From Alphaproteobacteria bacterium (GTDB lineage: Bacteria > Pseudomonadota > Alphaproteobacteria > SP197), in the NCBI GenBank assembly GCA_965228895.1, contig OZ245842.1, forward strand, positions 2,304,001 to 2,368,000: a stretch of 64,000 nt of DNA, in the 5' to 3' direction. Shown piece by piece: positions 57,703-64,000 of the stretch. Below the pieces are notes generated by a model that saw only the letters and a program-made list of their open reading frames with translations, made no database searches and was not told the origin of the DNA. The stretch's first letter is position 1; each line of letters opens with the position of its first letter. A program made the position numbers and the translations under genes.

Positions 57703-58458
57703 TCAGCCGCCGAAGACCTGCTGCAACAGCTCCGTCGAGCGCGCGACGGGATCGGTCCTGATCGCCGCTTCCTGTTCGGCCAGATAATGAAAGATGCCGT
57801 CTAACGTTCCATCAAGCGCATAGTCAGTCAGGTCCGCCTGAACATCCGGCACAAAGGGGATGCTGTCGTATTCGCCCATCATGGCGTCATAGGACTGGAT
57901 GGCGCCGACCTCGCTCAAGCTGCTGTCGACGATCGGGCGCATGCGTGTCTTCAGATCCTCGCTGGTCGTGCGCCGGAAATACTGAGTCGCCGCATCGTCG
58001 GGGCCGTTCAGGATGCCGCGCGCGTCATCCAGCGTCATCTGGTCGATGGCGCCGAAGAACACATCAATCGCCTCGCCCGATGCCTCTTCGGCGGCGCGGT
58101 TGATCCGGAGCTCCAGGTCATCGGCCATGTCCGACATGCCGACGGCCTTGAGCGCGTCTTGCACCGTACCCAGTGTTTCCGGCAGCGGGATATGAATCGA
58201 CGGGTCGGCGTTGAAGCCGTCGGCGACGCTGACCTGATCGACCGTGCGTTCGCTGGCGAGACGCAAGGCCTCACGCAAACCGGAATCAATTTCGCTGTTG
58301 CTGAGCCCGGCACCCAGATTGCCACCGCCATCGCTGGACCCGCTGCTGCCGAGATCGCCCAGCGAATCGGTAATCCCGTCAAGCAGACCATCGGCGCGTA
58401 CTGCGGCGGGCAGCGTCAAGCCGGCCACCACGCCAAAAACAAAGCTACGACGTCTCAT
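57703..58458 (-). CDS. DUF4197 family exported protein
   Basis: GLREAL, IHIPLP, INRAAEEA, DAATQYF, EAAIRTDP, LLQQVFG. Confidence 0.9.
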   Translation of the reverse strand: MRRRSFVFGVVAGLTLPAAVRADGLLDGITDSLGDLGSSGSSDGGGNLGAGLSNSEIDSGLREALRLASERTVDQVSVADGFNADPSIHIPLPETLGTVQDALKAVGMSDMADDLELRINRAAEEASGEAIDVFFGAIDQMTLDDARGILNGPDDAATQYFRRTTSEDLKTRMRPIVDSSLSEVGAIQSYDAMMGEYDSIPFVPDVQADLTDYALDGTLDGIFHYLAEQEAAIRTDPVARSTELLQQVFGG

Positions 58459-58517
58459 CGTTTCTCCCCCCAATAGTTTGCGCTCTCACGTGATACGGGC
58501 CAGCAGGCCCGGATGGA

Positions 58518-59267
58518 TCATGCGGCCTCGGTCAGAATGATCGGGCCCCGCTTGGTTGCAACCAGCGTGTGTTCGTACTGTACCGAGCGATACTGCGGCG
58601 CGGTGACCAATGTCCATCCGTCTTCGGTGTCATCTGCCCAGGTCGCGCCGGTCGATAGAAAGGGTTCGATCGTGAACACCATGCCTTCTGTGATGACCCG
58701 CTTGTCATGGCGGTCGCGCCATGTCGGGATAACGGTGGGGTCCTCGTGAAGGCTTCTGCCGACGCCGTGGCTCGCAAGATTGCGGATCAGCGAATAACCC
58801 TTCTTGTCGGCGAATGTCTCAATGCGCGCGCCGATACGGTTCAGTCGGCGGCCCGAACGCACCTCGTGGATGCCCTGCCACATAGCGCGGCGACCGTCGC
58901 GGCACAACTGCGCGATGTCCGACTCCACCGGCGGCACCGGAAAGCTGCCGCCGGTATCGGCGAAGTAGCCGGCTTTCTCGGCAGAGACGTCGATGTTGAC
59001 GAGATCGCCCGGCCGGATCACGCGCTCGCCCGGAATGCCATGGGCGACCTGTTCGTTGATGCTGATGCAGGTTGCGCCGGGAAAGTCGTAGCACAACTCC
59101 GGCGCCGACTGAGCACCATCCGCTTCGAGCAAGCGTCGGCCGAGATCGTCGAGCTCCTGCGTCGTCATGCCAGGCTCGATCGCCGCGGCCATGGCTTTTA
59201 GGACGCGTGCGACAATCGCGCCAATCTCCTTCAGTGCTTCTAGGTCGTACTGGTTGGCTATGGTCAT
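58518..59267 (-). CDS. map: Type I methionine aminopeptidase
   Basis: CISINEQVAHGIP, NIDVS, DTG, HGVGRSLHE, TIEPF, QYEHT. Confidence 0.95.
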   Translation of the reverse strand: MTIANQYDLEALKEIGAIVARVLKAMAAAIEPGMTTQELDDLGRRLLEADGAQSAPELCYDFPGATCISINEQVAHGIPGERVIRPGDLVNIDVSAEKAGYFADTGGSFPVPPVESDIAQLCRDGRRAMWQGIHEVRSGRRLNRIGARIETFADKKGYSLIRNLASHGVGRSLHEDPTVIPTWRDRHDKRVITEGMVFTIEPFLSTGATWADDTEDGWTLVTAPQYRSVQYEHTLVATKRGPIILTEAA

Positions 59268-59306
59268 GTATGTCCATATGGCCTTTCGAATGATCGTCGG
59301 CCAACA

Positions 59307-60470
59307 CTATAGCGGCATTATGTCACCGCTTTCATAGCTGGCCAGGAACCCATCGGCCCACGTATCCAAGCTGCTATCGGTAATGGCGTCACGCAAGGTC
59401 GCCATGAGCGTTTGATAGAACGTGATGTTGTGGGCCGTCAGCAACATGGGACCCAGCATCTCCTGGCAGCGGAACAGATGATGCAGGTAGCCCCGGCTGT
59501 GCCGTGTGCAGGCGACACAGCCGCAGGTCTCGTCCAGCGGGCGCGTGTCGTCCTGGTGGCGCGCGTTGCGGATGTTGACGGTGCCGCGTGCGGTAAAGGC
59601 CTGGCCGGTGCGACCGGACCGGGTCGGCAACACGCAATCGAACATGTCGATGCCGCGTTTCACCGCACCGATGATGTCGTCGGGCCGGCCGACCCCCATC
59701 AGATAGCGCGGTTGGTCCGCCGGCAGATGCGGCACGGTCATGTCGAGCACATCGAACATGGACTGCTGGCCCTCGCCAACCGCAAGGCCGCCGATCGCGT
59801 AACCGTCGAAGCCGATCGCCGTCAGGGCATCGGCCGAGGCGCGGCGCAGGTCTTCGAACGTGCTGCCCTGAACGATACCGAACAGGCCGTAGCCCGGCCG
59901 CTCCACAAAGGCCTCGCGGCAGCGTTCCGCCCACCGCATGGAACGCTCCATCGACTCGCGGGCGATATCGTGGCTGACCGGCCAGGCCGTGCACTCGTCC
60001 AGAACCATGGTGATGGTCGCGTCCAGGTCGTTTTGGATCGCCATGGCGCGTTCGGACGTCAGTTCATGACGACTGCCGTCGACATGGCTCTTGAACGCGA
60101 CGCCCGCTTCGGTGATTTCGCGCCGTTCGGCCAGCGAGAATACCTGATAGCCACCGGAATCGGTCAGAATCGGTCCCGGCCAGTCCATGAACCGGTGCAG
60201 TCCGCCAAGGGCAGCCACCCGTTCCGAACCCGGCCGCAGCATGAGGTGATAGGTGTTGGCGAGAACAATATCGGCACCGGCAGCGCGCACCTGGTCGGCC
60301 TGCATGCCCTTGACCGTCGCCGCCGTACCGACCGGCATGAAGGCCGGTGTGCGTACAGGGCCATGGGCGGTCGCCAACGTGCCCGTACGGGCGGTGCCGT
60401 CCGTGGCGCTGATCGTCAGCGCCATGGCCGCCGGCGCGTCGCTGGCTAAAACGGGTTCGCTGTTGGTCAT
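59307..60470 (-). CDS. tgt: Queuine tRNA-ribosyltransferase
   Basis: [41 protein letters not shown]. Confidence 0.97.
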   Translation of the reverse strand: MTNSEPVLASDAPAAMALTISATDGTARTGTLATAHGPVRTPAFMPVGTAATVKGMQADQVRAAGADIVLANTYHLMLRPGSERVAALGGLHRFMDWPGPILTDSGGYQVFSLAERREITEAGVAFKSHVDGSRHELTSERAMAIQNDLDATITMVLDECTAWPVSHDIARESMERSMRWAERCREAFVERPGYGLFGIVQGSTFEDLRRASADALTAIGFDGYAIGGLAVGEGQQSMFDVLDMTVPHLPADQPRYLMGVGRPDDIIGAVKRGIDMFDCVLPTRSGRTGQAFTARGTVNIRNARHQDDTRPLDETCGCVACTRHSRGYLHHLFRCQEMLGPMLLTAHNITFYQTLMATLRDAITDSSLDTWADGFLASYESGDIMPL

Positions 60471-61051
60471 GTTGCCAGCGTTTCGACAAGCGATTCCGCC
60501 GCCGCCCTTGCCGCGCGACGGTACGTGTCCGGAAGATTGAGCTGGGCCAGCGATTCGTGGTTGTAGTAGATGCCGACCACGCCATAGGCCACGGACCAGC
60601 AGCGGCTCTTATCGGCCGACGGGAAGTGACGACATAGGATATCGGCGACGGCCTGAATGAAGTCATCGAACCATGCCTTGACGAGCGTTCGAAGGTGATC
60701 GTCGCGCGCGGCAGCAGCGATCATGGCCTCGACAACTTGGACATCTTCCGCATAGTCCTCGCCATCATCCCAAAACAGGTAATCCAGCAGGGCATGTGCA
60801 GGCCGGTTGTCCGGCATGCTTGCAACCATTGTGGCCACATCGGCGCGGTACTTGCCGAGCGATCGCTCCGCGAGAGCCAGAACAAGATCGTCGCGATTGC
60901 CGATGTAGTGGCGCAGGATCGAGCGCTTGACGCCCGCCTCGTCGGCAACGTTTTCCAGTGACGTCGCATCCAGTCCCTGGCGCGCCACGCAACGCGCGAA
61001 AGCATCCAGGATAAGCGCCGTCCGCTCTTCCGTCAGATCAGGTCGGGGCAT
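60467..61051 (-). CDS. TetR-family (BetI-like) transcriptional regulator
   Basis: N-terminal [31 protein letters not shown]...HY; ATGA overlap with tgt. Confidence 0.92.
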   Translation of the reverse strand: MPRPDLTEERTALILDAFARCVARQGLDATSLENVADEAGVKRSILRHYIGNRDDLVLALAERSLGKYRADVATMVASMPDNRPAHALLDYLFWDDGEDYAEDVQVVEAMIAAAARDDHLRTLVKAWFDDFIQAVADILCRHFPSADKSRCWSVAYGVVGIYYNHESLAQLNLPDTYRRAARAAAESLVETLAT

Positions 61052-61096
61052 GCGGCTCCCAATATCACAATCGTGTGTCCGGTACAGTCCAACTTA

Positions 61097-61116
61097 GTTT
61101 GTCACAATTGACAAAC
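61097..61116. promoter_or_regulatory. Putative TetR operator
   Basis: Perfect inverted repeat GTTTGTCA-caat-TGACAAAC in the divergent spacer, overlapping TTGACA (61108-61113). Confidence 0.7.
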
Positions 61117-61160
61117 AAGCTGCTGCCTTTCATGTTTGTCGCTGGCGCCAATCTACCGAG

Positions 61161-63158
61161 GTGATCGACGTGCTCCAAGACCGCACACGCCAGTCTTCAC
61201 GAAGGTCGTCGATCGTTTTGGCCCTGCTTCTTGTTGCCGGCTCCGTCGCGGCGACCGCCCCGCTGCTTGCCGACGATGCGACTATGAACCATGACCTTAT
61301 GGAGCCGGCCCCGCAGGACTTCAGTGACTGGCACGGCGAGACCGTCGACGTCATCGGTATGCGCGTCGTTGACGTTGACGGTCAGGTGCACCGCATTGGC
61401 GTTGACGATTCGGCCAGGCCAGCCGTTCTGGTATTCCTCGACAACTATTGCCCGGTCTCCAGCCGTTACGCCCCTGAGCTCCAGGCATTCGCGGATCAGG
61501 CGGCCGAGGCAGGCTTCGACTTTTTTGGTGTCATGTCCGACCCGCTCATCACCCCAGAGGAAGCGCGCCAGTTCGCCCGGGACTACGGTATCGACTTTCC
61601 CGTCATCTTCGACGGCTCCGGTGATCTGGCGGTGCGCCTCGATCCGCTCGCGACACCGGAGACCTTCGTCATCGATACCGATAACCAGGTGCTCTATCGC
61701 GGCCGTATCGACAACCGCTTCGAAGCGATCGGTGTTCTTCGCAACACCATCACATCGCATGATTTGATGGACACCATGGCAGCGCTTGACGTTGGCGACA
61801 CGCCGGTGCCCGTGCGGACCATGCCGGTCGGTTGCGTCTTTGAGGCGTGGGATCACGGCATACCCGAACAGGTGACCTATAACCGCGACATCGCTCCCCT
61901 GCTCAACGCCAACTGCGTGGAATGCCATCGTGCCGGCAGCGTCGGACCGTTCGTTTTCGAAACCTATGAACAGGCAAAGCGCCGATCAAAAATGATCAGT
62001 CTGGTCACCCTGCAGGGTCTGATGCCGCCGTGGCGCGCCGCACACGGCTTCGGCGCCTTCCGCGATGAGCGTCATCTGAGCGATAGGCAAGTCGCCATGC
62101 TCCTGTCTTGGGCCAACGCCGGCGCTCCGCTCGGCGACGAGGCCGACGCGTTGCCCGCGCCAGACTGGCCGGCTGACGGCTGGCAACTCGGCGAACCCGA
62201 TTTGGTGGTGGAGATGGCCGAACCCTACGCGCTACCCGCCACCGGCCCCGACATCTACCGTTACTTTGTCATTCCGTTCGAGCTGCTGAACGACGCTGCG
62301 ATCAAAGGCCTGGAGTTCCGTCCCGGCGACACTTCGGTCGTGCATCACGCCAACATCTTTGTCGACTACAGCGGCCGGGCCCGCGAGGAAGACGCCAAGG
62401 ATGATGAACCCGGCTTCTCGGTCTTCGGCACCGGCGGTTTCTTCGACTATAACGGCGAACAGGACACCTGGGGCATTGGCGGCTGGACGCCGGGCGCCGA
62501 GCCCTATCGGCTGCCGGACGATTACGGCATGTGGCTGCCCGAAGGTGAAGGCGACATCGTCTTCGAGATCCACTATCACCTGACCGGCAAGGCGACGGCG
62601 GATCAAAGCCGTATGGGTTTCTACTTCGCCGACACCGCCGTTTCCCAATGGGTCGACGGATTTGTCATCGGCACCCAGGACGTCAATATCGCGCCGGGCG
62701 ACGGTGACTACTGGCGCCAGTTCCACATGGATATCCCCATCGACATGACGCTGGTCGATCTGCTGCCCCACATGCACTACCTGGGAACAGAAGCCATCGC
62801 GACGGCGACACTGCCCGATGGCACGCAGATCCCCCTGATCCACATCGAACACTGGGATTTCCGCTGGCAGAACGTCTACGTCTTCCGCGAACCCATCCTG
62901 CTGCCCGCCGGCAGCCGCATCGATGCGTGGTTCAGTTTCGACAATTCCGCGAGCAATCCCTACAACCCCGCCGACCCGCCGGTTCAGATTGGGTGGGGCT
63001 GGGGCAGCGACGAGGAAATGTGCGAGATCTGGGTCAGCTTCGTGCTCGACGACTGGCAAGACCGCGATGCCATCATACAAGCGTCTTATGGAAGCTGGTA
63101 TCAGGACGCGAGCTTGCGTTCACCGCCGCCCGCCCTCGACGACCTGCTCAGTCACTGA
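61161..63158 (+). CDS. Exported fusion of redoxin, c-type heme domain and copper type II (PHM/DBH-like) monooxygenase
   Basis: Signal/TM segment; CPVS and YRGRIDN redoxin; CVECH; VVHHA, HYH, PHMH, EEMC copper-ligand motifs. Confidence 0.82.
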   Translation: MIDVLQDRTRQSSRRSSIVLALLLVAGSVAATAPLLADDATMNHDLMEPAPQDFSDWHGETVDVIGMRVVDVDGQVHRIGVDDSARPAVLVFLDNYCPVSSRYAPELQAFADQAAEAGFDFFGVMSDPLITPEEARQFARDYGIDFPVIFDGSGDLAVRLDPLATPETFVIDTDNQVLYRGRIDNRFEAIGVLRNTITSHDLMDTMAALDVGDTPVPVRTMPVGCVFEAWDHGIPEQVTYNRDIAPLLNANCVECHRAGSVGPFVFETYEQAKRRSKMISLVTLQGLMPPWRAAHGFGAFRDERHLSDRQVAMLLSWANAGAPLGDEADALPAPDWPADGWQLGEPDLVVEMAEPYALPATGPDIYRYFVIPFELLNDAAIKGLEFRPGDTSVVHHANIFVDYSGRAREEDAKDDEPGFSVFGTGGFFDYNGEQDTWGIGGWTPGAEPYRLPDDYGMWLPEGEGDIVFEIHYHLTGKATADQSRMGFYFADTAVSQWVDGFVIGTQDVNIAPGDGDYWRQFHMDIPIDMTLVDLLPHMHYLGTEAIATATLPDGTQIPLIHIEHWDFRWQNVYVFREPILLPAGSRIDAWFSFDNSASNPYNPADPPVQIGWGWGSDEEMCEIWVSFVLDDWQDRDAIIQASYGSWYQDASLRSPPPALDDLLSH

Positions 63159-63999
63159 CGTCCGGTTCCAGCAGGCAGGCATCGCCGTAGGAATAGAACC
63201 GATAGCCCGCCTTGATGGCGTGGGCATAGGCCGCCTTCATGCGCGCGGTACCGGAGAACGCCGAGACCAGCATGAAGAGCGTTGAGCGCGGCAGGTGAAA
63301 GTTGGTGATCATGCGGTCGACCACCTTGAACCGGCTGCCTGGCACCAGAAACAGCGCGGTATCACCGGAAAAGGGCCGGACGTTGCCGTTGTCATCGGCT
63401 GCGCTTTCCAGCAGGCGGACACTCGTCGTCCCGACCGCAACCACCTTGCCGCCTTGTTGGCGGGCGTCATTGATCGTCGCAGCGGCAACCGATGACACCT
63501 TGCCCCACTCGGCGTGCATGACGTGATCGTCCGTGTCGTCGGTCTTGATCGGCATGAAGGTGCCGATGCCGACATGGAGCGTGACGCGGACAATCTGGAC
63601 ACCCATCGCCTCGATGCGCGCCAGCAAATCGTCGGTGAAGTGCAGCCCTGCCGTCGGCGCGGCGACGGCGCCCGTCTGGTCGGCATAGACGGTCTGGTAG
63701 TCCTGGCGGTCCCGGCCTTCCGGACCCGCCTTGCGATCGATGTAAGGTGGCAGCGGCATGATGCCGTACCTGTCCAGAAGCGTCATGAGGTCATCGCTGC
63801 CCGTCGCGAAGGCGAGCGTCACCTCGCCCCCCTCGCCCTTGGCCGTGACCTCGGCCGAGAATCCATCGGCGAAGTCGATCGAGACGCCTGGCTTGAGTTT
63901 GCGCGCGGGGCGCGCCAACGCCTGCCAGGTGCCGTCGGCATGGGCCCGGGTCAACGTCACCTCGACCTTGCCGTCGCCTTTCTTCCCTTGAAGGCGTGC
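63148..63999 (-). CDS. queA: S-adenosylmethionine:tRNA ribosyltransferase-isomerase (5' end outside the window)
   Basis: PLPPYI, YQTVYA, AAPTAGLHF, TLHVG, VGTT, TNFHLPRSTL, YRFYSYGD; frame open to the window edge. Confidence 0.97.
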   Translation of the reverse strand, partial: ARLQGKKGDGKVEVTLTRAHADGTWQALARPARKLKPGVSIDFADGFSAEVTAKGEGGEVTLAFATGSDDLMTLLDRYGIMPLPPYIDRKAGPEGRDRQDYQTVYADQTGAVAAPTAGLHFTDDLLARIEAMGVQIVRVTLHVGIGTFMPIKTDDTDDHVMHAEWGKVSSVAAATINDARQQGGKVVAVGTTSVRLLESAADDNGNVRPFSGDTALFLVPGSRFKVVDRMITNFHLPRSTLFMLVSAFSGTARMKAAYAHAIKAGYRFYSYGDACLLEPDVSD

Positions 64000-64000
64000 C

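Noticed and set aside
57432-57787. Short ORFs over the intron as a possible homing endonuclease
   Set aside because: About 68 aa each, with no LAGLIDADG, HNH or GIY-YIG motif; the region is explained by RNA structure.

Overview
GC-rich chromosomal window, probably from an alphaproteobacterium (inferred from the mfd-sdhE-recG layout, cysD-cysNC and Tat-type binding proteins). It holds about 60 densely packed CDSs: core genes (mfd, recG, sdhE, map, tgt, partial queA), a four-gene ligase-associated DNA repair divergon, a type III PKS/methyltransferase pair, ABC transporters and many catabolic enzymes. The main feature invisible in the ORF track is a tRNA-Lys(UUU) gene (57354-57652, minus strand) interrupted inside the anticodon, at position 35/36, by a 223-nt ORF-less group I intron with a recognisable catalytic core and guide sequence. 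Also present: two inverted copies of a 140-bp CTAG-ended palindromic MITE-like element overlapping gene ends, a REP-like doublet, and a TetR plus redoxin/heme c/copper-monooxygenase cassette separating queA from tgt. No CRISPR array, prophage or transposase was seen. All calls come from reading motifs by eye; no searches were run.
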